Shown in pieces: positions 1-15,272 of a DNA stretch of 64,000 bases. Source of the stretch: Octopus bimaculoides (lineage: Eukaryota); assembly GCF_001194135.2 (NCBI RefSeq), contig NC_068993.1, positions 10,452,231-10,516,230 of the forward strand, written 5' to 3'. Position numbers and translations under genes: made by a program. Positions within the stretch are counted from its first letter, which is position 1; every line of letters starts with the position of its first letter. Under the pieces are notes generated by a model. It did not search any database, had not been told where the DNA came from, and worked only from the letters and a program-made list of their open reading frames with translations.

Positions 1-99
1 AGTTTGAAATATTTCATATAAAATGCCAGCATGGAAAATGGACATTAAATGATGATGAATATAAAACCCAGATATTTAGTGACACGTTCAGCCTGTCTA

Positions 100-270
100 T
101 ATTATACAAGCTGAGAGAAAACTGGGTACAAGAGGATCTAGTGTAAGAGAGGACAGCTAGATGAAAGACTTAAGTGATCCAAATGGAAGAAAACTATGTG
201 TAAGGAAGCCCGAGGAAGACAATTAGAAACAAGGCTGAAAAGTGATTTGAGGAGTCTGAATTTTGTTATA
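100..270 (+). mobile_element. RTE-clade LINE C-terminal remnant
   Basis: Degenerate GRPRKT-type motif (aggaagcccgaggaagacaa...aaaagtgatttgaggagtctgaat). Confidence 0.4.
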
Positions 271-1297
271 GGGATAATAATAATAATGGAACACCCACCC
301 ACATGATGAGTGGTATGTGCGAGTCATTACAAATACTGTGACATAGGGTCGAGAGGGGAGTAGTTGGTCAGATAGTTGTCTTACTTGTCTAACTAACTAT
401 ACTGCTATATGGGAGTGGACATTATAACAGTCCAACATTGGATGGCAACAGATTACAACAAATTTCTTGAAATAAAAGACAAGGGACTGCTGTGCTAGAG
501 AAGACCTGTTCAACCCATGCAATTTATTGAAAAACAAAATGGAAAATAATTAGGGTCTGGGGGATTTATCATAATTATTTTTGTCTTGATGCACAAAACA
601 CGACACTCTATTAACAATCTACAACAAAATTCTTGTATAGATCCATTCAACTTGCTCTAAGCAAATATGTGTAGTAGGTACAATTCTCCATTGCATGAAA
701 CTTCACACAAAGCGGAACTTGTTTGTCTAAACTGATTTGCCTTGAGATAAATTACATGAAGTTGAAAACTGCTTCAAATCAAGCTCTTGTCACTCAATAA
801 TTTATAGATTCGGCATAAATAACATTACATGATTAAAAGAAAAAAAAAGATTGACAGATAGCACAGCACCTCTCTTGACCACATATCTAATCAAATACAC
901 TGCCTATGTGTTTATTAATCTCGAAACTAATCAAATGGTTTGCACATAAATAGAAGGCATACTTAATACATTTCAATGTTTACATCTGCACTATGTTTGG
1001 ATTGGTCCGAACTCTGATCATTGTTAGGTGCCTTACTCCTGAAGAAGGTACCAGGGGGCTGGCAAGGGGAAGTCTAAAGAACTTTACTGTTGCTATTTTC
1101 ATAGAATAGTTTTTGTCATAATCACAAAATCTCTGACTGATGGTGAAGTGGAAGTTGTGACGTTAATGAGATAGCAAACTACTGTAACCAAAACCTAATG
1201 CCAGAGGCAGCAACTAAATTCATTGACATCATGATACACATGACCCACTTTTTATCAGAAAGTGGGGCAACCACACGATTCAACACTTATGTGGTAA

Positions 1298-1504
1298 CCT
1301 GTTCGTTGCCATACTTCTGTTGAGATGCTCTGGGGTTCATTCAATTAATTTTAAATATAACAAAGAATTTAATAAAATAACTTAGTGTTAGGAACATAAA
1401 TTGTGACTAAGGTTTGGTGGAAGATTTTAATTCAGAACTTTTGAAAGCAAGACATTTGTACTACAGAGCCAGAGGCGGTTTCAGTCGGGTTGGTATCGAA
1501 AGGG
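1298..1504. mobile_element. Degenerate piggyBac-type MITE
   Basis: Ends GTAA|CCTGTTCGTTGCC and GGTATCGAAAGGG|CTAA look like decayed TTAA|CCCTTTCG termini. Confidence 0.45.
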
Positions 1505-1640
1505 CTAATTGTATTTAGTTTATTGACTGACAGAGAATGAATTAAAAATAAAATCAAACTTATCAGATCATTAAGGTCATTAAGTAACACAAGACACTAT
1601 CTATCTTTCCACTTCATGCCTTAGGCAACACATTAAGCTT

Positions 1641-1676
<36 letters not shown>

Positions 1677-1679
1677 CAT

Positions 1680-2000
1680 GCTGCCTAGTCAATGGCGGAT
1701 TCACACTTAGTTCCATGTTCCCCATCCACTTCATCTCGTTTTCAACAATCCTTCTCCAGCTGTTCTTGGGTCTTCTGCATTTTCTTCTTCCATTGGAGGC
1801 CCATGTCATGGATGTCATACAGTTGTCATCGAGATCCTTCCTCAGAATCTAGCCAATGTAATTCCACCTCCTTCTCTGTACTTCACTGCTCATGTTCCCC
1901 ATCTCACATCTCTTGAGCACAGCCTTGCTCTTTGTGTGATCTTGCCACTATATCTTAATCACCAACCTCAGACATCTGGCCCGGAAGACACCTAGCTTTT
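1680..2000 (-). mobile_element. RTE-clade LINE 3' fragment
   Basis: Translation ...RRWNYIG*ILRK...MTWASNGRRKCRRPKNSWRRIVENEM matches the RTE ORF C-terminal motif (W.W.GH.LR...W.P.G.R.RGRP..TWRR). Confidence 0.75.
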
Positions 2001-5000
2001 TATTGTCTCCTTTTTATTGAAAATGATAGTAATACAAATAGCCCCTCTTTTTACAAGATGGAGCAACAAGATAATTCAAAGTGTGTGTTAATTGTATTTT
2101 ATTGACAGAGAATGGATTAAAAGCAAAATCAGACTTAAAATTGGAACTTGGGTCCTTAAGTAACATTACGAGAAACTACGCATCATTTAAAGTAAATCTA
2201 TTCCTAAGCTTTCTTCTATACTCTACCAGCTTCACAACTTTTAATATTTCTTTCTTTTTCTAGAACAAAGTCTTAACTTTAAAGAAGAGAATTATAGTCA
2301 CTTGCAGTGATTCCTGCCATATTTGAAGCAGTTCTTCAAAATTTGGAAGACTTGAAGGTAGAGTGAATTTCCAGTTGATTTATATACAGAGAACAGTGAA
2401 AGTAGCACTGAAGATGTCAAATAGTACAAAACAACCTGTCCAATCCCCTACTGCACTTAGTAACAGAAATCAATCAGTGAATACTTAGTTGCAATACCAC
2501 ATAAATAAATAATCACAGAAAATAGTAATAAAAGGAAACAAAAAAAAAAGCCACTCAAGGAGTTACATGCAGGACTCTATGCTTGGTGGAAGTACTTTTA
2601 ATTTCAAGTAGGTTTTGATGAAGTGAACTAATTCACACTCCCACCATCTTTTAGTAGGATGCAACAAGTGACAAAAAAGGTCTGAATAACAACATGACCA
2701 TCCCATTAAGATCAATTGTCCAACATTTTATACCTTTATTTTAAGGTCAACAGCTGACACAATATTTGGTAAAAATTCCAACAGTGGATCACAGAAGGAA
2801 ATGATACGAGTAACAATAACAAAAACAACTATTTTCAAGTATTTTCTAAAGCCAGTAACTAACCAGAACCATATAGCTACTTTTTGAAGGATGCTGAGAG
2901 CTATTGTCTAGTTGGTACTTTAGTGATTAGTATTATATTGGCACTGTAGCAAAAGTGGAGACTTGAGGAGCTACAGGGAAATTAAATATAAAGCTGAGAG
3001 GTAAGTTGGTTTTAATCCCATCAGACTGTGTCAGCGGTCAATATATTCAGTCCAGAGTTCTAATTCCTCTGTTGAGTGTCTCCTGGAGATGAAACCTGCT
3101 CTGCCAAGCTGAATTATCTTATATACACAAAATGAAAGACAATGTCTTTTTCCATACTTATTCGATGATGAGATTCACAAGCACCAAATCCCCATAACTC
3201 ATTGGATAGTTGGGTTAATATTGAAGACTTCATGTTTATGTTATAACTTAATCATCAATAGTCTACAGTGGTTTCCTCATTGCTGTTTTAAGCATACACA
3301 TATTTTTCATGGTAAGTGGTTGATAATTAAATCTCTGCCTTGTCAGTCTAAAACAACTAACATCACTGCAGTCGATTTAGTACCTATTACCAGCAGCTGG
3401 GGTAAACTGAGGTGAATAGACTGTTCTTTTTAGAAACAGAGTGAAATAGCAGCAGCAGGCAGTAGCAGACATGAATATGTGGTTCTCTCTATCCTGAGAT
3501 CTAACAGAACCTAAAATGGCTATGAGAGCTATTATATCACAGACTGGCAAATCATAAGTAGAAATTACCCTTGTTCAAAACAATGAAGTCAATTGTCCAA
3601 GATTTTATATTTCTAAGGTCAACAACTGAAAAGGCTTTTTAAAATTCTCAAGTGATGAAATAATGTAAATTTGTGTCAATCCCAACAAAGAGGACTAACT
3701 TAAAATCTGTATCTCAATTTCTTATTCAAAAGCAAATTTGATAATAAAATATTTGAAGGTTTATGTATTTAAAATACACCAACACACATAAAGTCAATGC
3801 TTGTAGAATTTAATAAGGTCCCATTATCAATTTATTAAAACAATCATTGAAGTTTTAGATCTAATAAAACAAATTGTTTTTTCTTTTTTTTCTTTTCTTT
3901 CTAGCTTATTGAGAAGTGAAAAGGCAGCACTACAACTTTTGCAGCACTTTGAAGGCAAGGGGAACCCCCCCCCCCCATTTTATGGCCTTAGAGACATTGC
4001 ACTAACGGTTCCAACAGAATGGAATCTGTTAAAGATACTCATGGGTCTGGGATGCGGTAGTGTTTGAAAGTTGTAAATTTCATATATGCATCTTTAATAT
4101 AATTACAAATGTATTTTTGAAAACAAGCACAACATTCAATTGAGGCCAGTACTACCATTTCTTTTTTTACAAAATGTGGTCTTGGATTCAGTCCCAACCA
4201 TGTGGCACCTTGGGCAAGTGTCACCCAAAACCTTGTTAGTGAATCTGGAAGATGAAAACTGAAAGAAGCCCATCATGTGTGCACGCCCTTGTCAAGACAT
4301 CATGTAATGGTTGTAAATGAGTCTCACCATAGGACAAGAGAAGTTGTTCATCTCCAGTCTTCCATGTAAAATATGTAGATACGGGGAAAATATTACGTTG
4401 CTTAGAAACTGTTGGGGTTGGCAGCAAGAACAGCATCAAGCTATAGAAAATCTGCCTCAACAAATTCTGTCTGACCCATGCAAGCATGGAAAAGTAGATG
4501 CTGAATGATGATGATGATGTAAAATGATTGGGTGAATAAAGAATGAAACAAGCAAGATATGGATATAAATTGGTTCACTTTTGCAGAAGGCGTTTCATTA
4601 ACCTCTCTAGACTGAATGCTTCAATCACTTCACCAAAGAGAGGCAGCACAGGTACAAAACTATTCTCAAAGTTGCCTCTGATGATATATCAACAATCTAT
4701 TTATAAAACATGTCTCATCTAGTTCATGGTAGATAGTTGGGAGATATATAACAAACTTATGGCACTCCAGGGAATTGTGCAATATTTTATTTTAAAATAT
4801 GGAATAAATGGTTTTGCACTTTTAAATGCTTTACGGAATACTATTCCCATATCAAGACAACGAAAGGACTTCTACAGGCTTGTTTAAACTGCTAGAAATG
4901 GTAATCAAAATTCACTCAATAATTCTCACCCTTCTGCTTCAAAAGTGAAAGAAATAATGAGTAATGTAGTCCAAATTGTACAAGATGGGATAGTCACACA

Positions 5001-6467
5001 GCCCGAACACCCTTGATCTGAGTTTAGACTTGGGACACTCCTGTAGCTGAAAGGTAAACAATTTTCCTGGTCATGAGTTGAACTGAATTAAAACTTTCAA
5101 GCTTTAAGCTACTATTCTGTGATCACACAAAGCCTCTGCTTGCTACAGTAATATACTCTATTTTAGAAGTTACTAGCTACACCACAACTTTATTATTTTT
5201 ATTTTGCCCCATCCCTGTGACTCCCTAAAAACATTGCACAAAAATTCTGTATACAATTGTGAGGACCATCACACAACAAAGCACCTATACTTTTGTGGGT
5301 TGTAACCAATAACAGAAACTTTTCAATGAAGAAAAGCAAGTCCTAAGTCCTTTTACTCAAATAGCTTCTTTTCTCAAACTGTTGCTCTCTGGAACTCACT
5401 ACCAATGCCTCATTTTCCTTGGGGCCTTTCTCTCAATTGCCAGCTTTTGAATTTGTAGCCCCCCACCACTTTTATTCTTCCTTTGTAGTCATGTATGCTA
5501 CAGTAGCCTCAAGCTTTGTTTTGGGATGAAACCATATATTAAAAAAAAAAATAAACAAAACATATTAAATGACATTTATCTTACTCATGTCACCAGAGAG
5601 AGAGCGCAACTATGTACTATACAGAATAGGGAACGCTATCCAGCAACAGAGAAGCAAACACTCTTCAGGTGACAGGTATCGGAAGCTACATACAAAGGTA
5701 GAGAAACTGCTATACATGGGCTCTATGGAATGTTCTTTTTATTGAAATAAAATGCATGTTACAAACAGAAATATTAGGAAGTGATCTCTTTTTTTTTTCT
5801 ACAGTTCTATTTTCAATTCTATCAATCTAAAGTGGACAGAATCAACAGAATTTAAGACGTTGTCACAGGAACTAGAAAATGCTGTAGCATCGGTGATAAA
5901 CTGTGAACAAACCAAGCTTGTAAATTGGTTTTGATTCCTGGCTTCAGATTCTTTGCTTAATCTGTTAATATCATAGAGAAAGGCATGAGCATCATATTTC
6001 TGTTTTTTTATTTACTCCCATCATGTCATGTCAAATCAACCAAAATTTTAGGAAATTGATTATTTATTGCACATGAACTGCAGAGACTGCTGTTTACTGC
6101 ACATAAATGGCCAAGACTGCTATGTACAGGCTGGATACCACTTTACAGCACTGAACTATGATGCATATAGGATGTGGATGGCAAGAAATAATAGTATCAG
6201 TGCTTTTCTGTGGTTACATAATGCAGAGTTTGAACTCGTGTTCTTGGTTATAGTGAGAATAACCCCAGTAAGTAGACCTCTCTCATCAACACAACCACCA
6301 CACTCCAGTTGTTTATAATTAGAATTATTATTAATTTCTTATAAATGCATTAATTCTTTATTCACACTGAACAATCATTCAGTTAATATTGATCTAAATC
6401 AATATTAACAGATTGTTGAATGGAAGTATAACAGTTAATATTGACACACACACGCACACACGGGGTT

Positions 6468-6685
6468 GGGGGGGTGCTGAAAAGCTGCTGGCTTTGGGTA
6501 AAAGAAAATACAGGAAGATCAGTTAATTGTGGTTTTATCCAATATAATCCCCCTCTCAGATTTGCACACTTATTGTGGCAGTTCTTCAGCTTTTCTAAGC
6601 CCTGTAAAAGAACTCGGAAGGTTGGGCCTCCAGCCTTGCCTTTCACAATATCCTTAAAGCCAGGAACATTTCCGTACCCCTTTGA
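6468..6685 (-). mobile_element. Internally deleted mariner element (MITE-like) retaining the transposase C-terminus
   Basis: Inverted ends GGGGTGCTGAAAAGCTGCTGGCTTT / GGGGTACGGAAATGTTCCTGGCTTT (20/25). The frameshifted interior LEAQPSEF-LQGLEKLKNCHNKCANLR-GDYIG* resembles mariner C-termini (G..KL..R..KC....G.Y.E). Confidence 0.75.
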
Positions 6686-9600
6686 ATATATACCCACATA
6701 CACACAATCACTTTAACATCCACTTTTCCATGCTTGTATGAGATTTCATTGATGCAAACTTTCTACAGCCAGATACCCTTCCTGTTGCCAACCCTGATCA
6801 GTTTCAAAGCCAGGTAATATTTCCCCATGGGTAGACATGTTTTCCCAGAAGATTGGAAATGAAGTACACCACTTATATGACAGAGACACTCATTTACAGC
6901 GATCATATGCTGTCAAGACAAGGAGACATCAACTTACAAACAACTACATGGTCAGGAAGCAACAAGCCTCTCAACCACACAGCTACACGACAGTGGCAGG
7001 AGTCCTAGATGAACAAGTGTGTGCGTGTGTCTGTTTACACAAGCCCTCCCTCAGATCCATGAGGGAGATAAAAATGGGATGGTACTACACTCATGTCCAT
7101 GCCAATGTGAGTATCGTGAATTAGAGAAAGAAGCCACAGTCGAGAATTAAAATGGATCAACTGACTTCATCAGGAATTTTCCTTTACAACTTATTTTAAG
7201 AGACAAAACCAAATGCACAAGTCAACTTTTGAGACTATATATGGTTGCCTGACCTACTAGAAATAGCTAACTCTCCCCTAAATCACACTACCATATTAAA
7301 CAAAATGACATCAGTTGATGTAGTCACAAATACACTCAAAATAAAGTATGAGATGATCACATCTGGAAAAATCTTTATAGATAAAATTGCTCGATCAGAG
7401 TTGCTATAAGAACAAACAAAAAAGTGACAAAAACAACATTATTATTATTATTATTATTATTATGAACTCAAATCACATAGGGAATATGAAGTTGTTAATA
7501 TCTGTTACCTTGATTAGAAGTTTAAATCAAGATGGAAGCACCGAAATATTGTACCACTTATTCCCCACATGAGATCATCCCAAGCAGTTCTTTCATCATC
7601 ATCATGGTATTAACATCTACTTTTTCATGCCTGCATGGGTCAGAAGGGATTTGCTGGGGCAGATTTTCTATGGGTGGATGCCCTTCCTGTCACCAACTCT
7701 CACCTGTTTCCAAGTAAGGTAATATTTCCCTATGGCTGGGCATGTTTTCACAGAAGATTGGAAATGAAGGATACCAACTGTATGACAATGGTACTCGTTT
7801 ACAACAATCATACGATGCCAAGACAAGGAGCCCAATAACTCGCGCACGCACACACACACACGACAAGCTTCTTTAAGTTTCCATCTAATAAATCCAGGCT
7901 TTGCTTAGCGCAGGGCTATAGTAGAAGACACCTGTCCAAGGAGTCACTCTGTGAGACTGGATCCAGAACGAAGTGGTAGGGAAGCAAGCTTCTTACCATA
8001 CAGCCATGGCTGCACCTACAGTTTTGATTAAAAAGTTTATTTTAAGAAAAAAAAAAAAAAAAAAAAAATTGTATAACTATCAATTCTAATCATTAGAAAC
8101 TAATTGAAAGATCACAAACATAAGCAACCTGTAGTGACGGTGGTGGTAGAAGTAGTAGGAACAACAGTAACAAGTGGAATAGTAATTTTATTTTTATAAA
8201 AAAAACTGTATGTACAGGTAGATAAAGGTAAACTCACAACAACTACTTACTTAAATAGTGTTAAATTTCATTTTTAACCTTTCACGGGAAAAATAAGGAT
8301 TGTCAGCTTGTAGCAGAATAAATCAGTGAGTCATCATGACCTTTGAACATTGACCAAGTTTATATAACTTCAGTCAACAAGTAAACATCTAACTTGGCCA
8401 CTTCTTCTGCTAGAAACAGCAGTCATGTCTCTCTCTCAAATTACACCCTATGGTCTTAATTAAAAATACAAACACACATGTGGTCCAAGGTATTTAAAGA
8501 ACGAATGTCTGTAATGTCTAACCTGGTGTTAAACAGCATGAAACAAAACTGGACAGTAAAATGGCTCAATTGTGTCATAATGTATATAAACCATTGACAA
8601 GAAAGATACAATGGTTTTCACCTGAGAATATATATAGAAAGGAGACAAGAATAATTCTGGCAACAGCTAGCCGGAACACCAGGTGCATTTTGGCCTTCTT
8701 GGGCCTTGTCTATCATGTGTATTCAGTCACATGCCTAGTTGGGATTTATTAGCTTTGACATACTGGAAATAGTAGTTCATTTATTGATATTTATTGATGG
8801 TAAGCTGAATGAAACATCTGGGGTGCACAACTGAAACAGCATTAATTTAAAGTTGCCGTCTCTGTATCGCAACACTCTGCACTCCAGTGCATCATCAACC
8901 AGTGTGAACGAGTTTAAGAGTGTACAGTGTGGTACCAAACCAAAGTAAAATATACTATGGTTTATATCCGATGGTAGTACTGATATTAGATCTGATGTAA
9001 GCTAACTGCCGTAGCTATCACAACATCAAAAGGACTGCTTAAGGAAAAAAAAAATATTGCAAAACAATTGCCAATTATATAGCACCTACTACACTCTCGG
9101 AGTGGTTGGCATTAGGAAGGGCATCCAGCTGTAGAAACTCTGCCAAATCAGATTGGAGCCTGGTGTAGCCATCTGGTTTCACCAGTCCTCAGTCAAATCG
9201 TCCAACCCATGCTAGCATGGAAAGCGGACGTTAAATGACGACGACGACCTGTAACAATGTTTCCTTCACAACAGTCCATACATAACATAATAGAAAACAG
9301 TACAGCACTGATACTTCTTCATAGAAATTATGCTTTGCATAAATTCTCTTCATATGCTTTGATGTAAGCTAATCTTTAGCATTTTGACCAATACTGAATT
9401 ATTCCAGCTGTTTTTTTTTTATCCATCCTGTATTATGCTTTTTCTTCCCTTTAATCTGATACAATACATCATATACAGCAACAACTAGATATCATCTTTG
9501 ATTACTGCTTGACTTTCAAAGCCATTATGTTCAAGAGTCACTGTTCCCAGACCAGCTCCTCTGAATGAACAAGCTATGAATAAATTACTACTACTACTAC

Positions 9601-11160
9601 TAATGAATATAACAAAAACACACACATCTGCTAAAAGAGACAGAAATACTGGACAATAGCAGTTTTTATACTATTTCACTTGTTACAACCAGTGGACTGT
9701 AAAGAAATGAAAATTTATCTCTATAATATTATCAAAGATTCAATGATACAAACTGCTTCTCAAGCTCACTTCATAAAAGGCATTTGGCGAGGTATAGTAA
9801 ATCCTGATAGTGGTTTGTCTTAGTGGTAATTAACATTGATATGTGAATGAATAACAAATAGTTTTCAGAATACTACAGTGGTGTGTCAGGAAAAGATAGG
9901 CAACTATAGCTCAAGGTATCGTGTCGGTCATCTAACGAAGCAAGATTTTGGGGTCAGAATTATTTAGGTGAGGAGGGAGACTATACTTCAGGATAATAAG
10001 CATCCATTACTCAGTATTTGATATTATAAATTGCAACTGATTCTTGCAATGAAGGAATGGCTAATACAGCATTATAGAGTTTGATGTATTTGGATATTTC
10101 TATCAAGCTACAAAGGTGAAGAAATCATCATCATCATCGTTTTAACATTCACTTTTCCATGCTTGCCTGGGTCAGGTTAAATTCACTGAGGCATATTTTC
10201 TATAGCCAGATGCCCTTCGTGTCACTACCCCTCACATGTTCCCAAGTAAAGTGATATTTTCCCCTTGGCAGGACATGTTTCCACAGAAAACTGGAAATGA
10301 ATGATACCACTTGTACAATGGCGATACTCGTTTACATACCATCACATTATATGAAGACTAAGTGACATACACACACACAATGCTTCTGTCCATTTCCATT
10401 TACCAAATCCACTAACAAGGCTTTCGTTGACATGGGTCTAAAGACACTTGCCCAAGGTTCCACACAGTTGAACTACTTTGTCACACAGCCATGTCTGTGT
10501 TTAAGAATAGTTTTATATTTTGCTAGGGAGTGTAATAAGCTAGATCAAGGTAAATCTGTCATCCAATACTTCAAATTTCACAGCCTCTGGTACTTCCAAA
10601 GTATTGCACTTACAGACTGCAATGTTTGTAAAGAAAGCAAGTTCTGTCTGTTTTGTAAATAGAATATTTGTTGGTACAATTACTTTTAAAATACTATAAC
10701 AAGTTCCTGTGCTACTGGCAAAGTCTGCAATAAAAAACTCTTCAAGGTCGAAACAATTTATTATCACATTTATAAACTGCCCAATTTCTATAAAGTTACT
10801 ATGGTTATATAACTAAAAATGTTGCTAGGCATATACATCTGTATTCCACAAGACTAACTTGGGGAAATATACTTTTTTAAAATCTGAAATTGTGATGATT
10901 TTACTCTGACAACTTTGACATATCAACAAGACAATTTTGTTCGTATTGCAAATACACAAATATGCACACAAAATTATATAAATGAACAAATAAGTAATAA
11001 AAAAAACAAAGATAAGCAAACTAGTTATACAAAAGACCAGTGAGTGCTATAATTACAGTATTTGACATTCCAAATTAGAATTCATTAACTAATAACTGGT
11101 ATGAACATTCATAAGTTTAATCAACAACTTTGTTGTCTCATCATATAGAATAATCATTCC

Positions 11161-11362
11161 TTTATTCTTTTACTTGTTTCAGTCATTTGACTGTGGCCAT
11201 GCTGGAGCACTGCCTTTAGTCGAGCAAATCAACCCCAGGACTTATTCTTTGTAAGCCTAGTATTTATTCCATCGGTCTCTTTTGCTGAGTCACTAAGTTA
11301 CGGGGATGTGGTTGTCAAGCGATGGGGGGAGTGACAAACACACACAAATGTGTGTGTGTGTG

Positions 11363-11402
<40 letters not shown>

Positions 11403-11565
11403 ATGGGCTTCTTTCAGTTTCTGTCTACCAAATCCACTCAGAAGGCTTTGATCAGTCCAAAGCTATAGTAGAAGACACTTGCCCAAAGTGCAATGCAGTG
11501 GGACTGAATTCGGAATCATGTGGTTGGGAAGCAAGCTTTTTACCACACAGCCATTCCTGCACCTA
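11161..11565 (-). mobile_element. tRNA-derived SINE family A, CpG-decayed copy
   Basis: Matches the family consensus seen at 17031 and 53136 (head GGAGTGGCTGTGTGGTAAG...GGTTCAGTCCC, central microsatellite, tail GACTGAAACAAGTAAAAGA). Confidence 0.85.
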
Positions 11566-12509
11566 TTCATAATTCTACAATTCTGCTTCATGTATAGCAT
11601 ATAATTCAAGCTTCCTACGTACATCGTAATGGTAGCACAAACAGAAATGACTAATAGCAGATGAAACCTAGTTTCAATATTATGCTAGTTGCAGTTTGAT
11701 AAAGTGCTAATTACATAACTAACGACAAACACTTGTATTTAATAAGGAAACACAAAAACTGATTGAATAAAGAACTAATGTGAATGTATATCCAGAGACT
11801 TAATGTTGTAAATTGGGATTAAAATGGTGATAGTGTTCTATTGGCAACATGTATGTAAACAAATAAGGAATCGAACCAAAGAAGGAGCTACTATGTAGTC
11901 ACTCAACTACAAATCACATAGGATATAAGCTTTAAAAAAGAGAAGATATTGAATAATGTTGTAGATACATTATAATTACAGACAGAACATCTTTTTGCTT
12001 CACCAAAGTACAATAATGTGAGAGAAACTTAGATGATAACTGTGCAGAAGCTCACCATAGGAGAGCAAAAATTTAGTCAGTTGATGGAAATTGGTGAAAC
12101 GAGTACCAGGCTGAACCAAGAACACCTGCAAATGGTGCTCCAATATGACCACAATTCAATGACTATAATGTTGGGCCTCATGGAGGCAATGACTAACGAC
12201 AGAGACCTTTGGCAATATGCTGTGCTTGAGAAGACTCATCAAGCCAAGTGAAACCATCGTTATGGCTGTTGCTAGTGTCATGTAAATGACACCTGTGAAA
12301 TGGAAGTCATGGCTACTACTAGTGTAATGTAAATGGCACCCGTGCTGGTGGAATGTAAAAAGCACCCATTACACTCTCAGGGTGGTTGGCGTTAGGAAGA
12401 GCATCCAGCCACAGAAACCATGACAAATCAGACTAGAACCTGGTCTGACTCTCCAGCTTACCATTTCCAGCCAAACCGCCTAACCCACACCAGCATGGAA
12501 AGCGAATGT

Positions 12510-12551
<42 letters not shown>

Positions 12552-12843
12552 TGTGTATGTATTTATATGTGCTGCTTTGTTTACATACCAGTAACTTAGC
12601 AGTCCGGTGCAAAAGATCAATAGAATAAGAACCAGACATGAAAAAAAACAACAAAAAAGCAAAAACAAAACTGAAGGTCAATTTGTTAATTTGTTTGACT
12701 AAACTTTCAATACAGTGCACTAACAGGTCATAGTCCAATGACAGATACAAGTAAAAGATAAAAGCTATGGGACATATTTGTTAAAATGTATTTTGTTCAA
12801 CTATTATAGATATCAATATCTGAAAGAAACTTAACTTACTTAC

Positions 12844-13226
12844 AGGCACAGGAGTGGCTGTGTCATAAATAGCTTGCTTACCAACCACATGGATCTGAGT
12901 TCAGTCCCACTGTGTGGCACCTTGAGTAAGTGTCTTCTACTATAGCCTTGGACTGACCAAAGCCTTGTGAGTGGATTTGGTAGACGGAAACTGAAAGAAG
13001 CCCATCGTATATGTATGTGTGTGTGTGTGTGTAAGTTTGTCCCCGAACATCACTTAACAACTGATGTTGGTGTGTTTATGTCCCTGCAACTTAGCAGCTC
13101 GACAAAAGAGACTGATAAAATAAATATTAGGCTTGCAAAGAATAAGTCCTGGGGCTGATTTTGCTCAACTAAAGGCGGTGCTCCAGCATGGCTGCAGTCA
13201 ATTGACTGAAACAAGTACAAGAATAA
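12844..13226 (+). mobile_element. SINE family A, full length
   Basis: Same head, core and tail in the opposite orientation to 11161-11565. Confidence 0.85.
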
Positions 13227-15272
13227 ACGAATAGCTGTGTATGTGTGTGTGTGTGTGTATTGTGTATGAATTTGATTTTTGTTTCTATTGCATCTATTTT
13301 TTGCTTCATGTTTATGATTTTATTTCTGTTTTATGTATCAGTTACCATTTTGAGTTGTTATTTTTTAGCCCCAAGTCAAGCTAAAGACAGCAGACAAATG
13401 AAATAACGAAGAGAAAAAAAAAAAAAAAAACTAAAATAATAAAGATCCCTGCAGAAAATTCAAATAAGGAAGTGGAACCAAATGCTTATTAATATATTTT
13501 CTGAAAAATGGCACATGATGCCAGTCAGTGCTTTAGGATTTAGTTTAGAAGTGGATGAGTGCGGGAAGATATGCAACAAATTTTACTTTATAAGGATATA
13601 AAGCCTTCACCTTAAGTGTCTCTCGGAAACAAATATTCACTTTCTACTGATAAGAAAAGAAATATGTCACAACAATGTTACAAAGGATCTTTTATGTTGC
13701 AGTCACCGAGTTTTACTTCACCATGTACCTACAATTCTGTTCTTCCTCCTCAATAGGTCAAAATGATAAGTTAATTATAGAATGATATTGAGTTTCTGGT
13801 GTGGGGTATGATAACGGCTACGTGGATAAGAAGAAACTGGTTTGACCAGCTCATGGGGTTTCAGTTCATGCTGTTTAGCCCTGATCAAGCAGGACTATGA
13901 TCAAAGTATTTTGAGCTGTTGACAAACCTGTTGTTATCCCACCCCACTTTTTATCCAGAAGTACGAAGACTTACATCTTGCCTAAGATGGTAGAGTGTGA
14001 TTTGAGGGAGTTACAACTGCTATTTCTAGCAGGCTCAGTAACCACATGGTTTCCTTTGTTAGCTCATTTGAGTATATATTTGCTACAAGTTATCTCCATT
14101 TGTCTCAGAACTGGACATATTATTCTAGTAGTATTAGTTCCATTGTGTTTGTTGTAAAGGCACTTTATTCCATATTGCCAATGATTAGACAAGGGGTTGA
14201 ATTACAGACTCATTTCCCATACAAAACATTTTCTTCTACATTGTCTTAGTTCTTCTTAGTGGCGAAGAATAGGTCTAAGATCCATTGAAAATGTTATCCA
14301 AGAAAGACACACATTCTTCTCAAAACTTCTCAAACTGAATATAAACTAAGGACCTCGATTGGCACAGGAGGCTTGCTTTGTTCCAGTTTTACTAGCTACT
14401 GAGAAACATATAAACCTACATTAGAAAGCAGTATGTGAAAGATTAGCATCTTATTCAAAAGGAAATATGTATTTTATTTGCTTAACACCAAGCTATACAA
14501 TAGGTAAGCACTGGCTGTATTTATCAGGTATTGATTATCCATTGTCATTTATGGAATCTGCTAAAACTTTAAGCTATCATGGAGAAACTGGATGCTAAAT
14601 AAGCGGACAAGTAAGACTCTGCATGGGTGCCAGACCTCTATTTTCTGGCAACTGTGCAGAGTCTTAACAGACAAACCTCCCTAAGACTTCCTTGTCTTAA
14701 GACAAAAAAAGAATAAAAAAAAAAAAGATACACTGGCTAATGTAGTTAAGTATGCATTATGATGAATTAGGGGCTGATCTGGAAGGAGGGAGTAAAAAAA
14801 AAAATGGATGCTAAAAAACAACAATGATGCTATTTGATACAAAAGCTGATTTACAAGTCGAGCTAATGTTACTCTTGGTATATAGTTTAGATAGCAGGCC
14901 ACAGAACTACACTTTTAGTAATATTTTCTGCTTAAATACCATATTAAATTATTGTCATTTAAGTACTTTTATTAACACTGTAAGGTTTCACCTTATAATC
15001 ATAAACAGTTATATATTATTCCTTTATTTTTCTTTCTTTTTATGGTATTTAGTGTGGTATCAAGTAGCACTGTTTTGCATTTTTTTTTTGTGTTATAGCC
15101 CTATCTATCATAAATGTCATGGCCCATTTATTATTTAGTGTGTAGTCTACCTGGCCGTTTACCCTTTAGTATGCAGTCAAACCCTAATCCTAAACACAAA
15201 CCCTATTGCTAACCCAGATCAGGTCATTTCACAATATAGACCATGGATACTGTGGTAAACCACATCCTAATA

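Noticed and set aside
3905-3954. Plus-strand exon-like segment (LLRSEKAALQLLQHFE) after a long polypyrimidine tract
   Set aside because: Needs a GC donor, has no partner exons and no recognisable homology.
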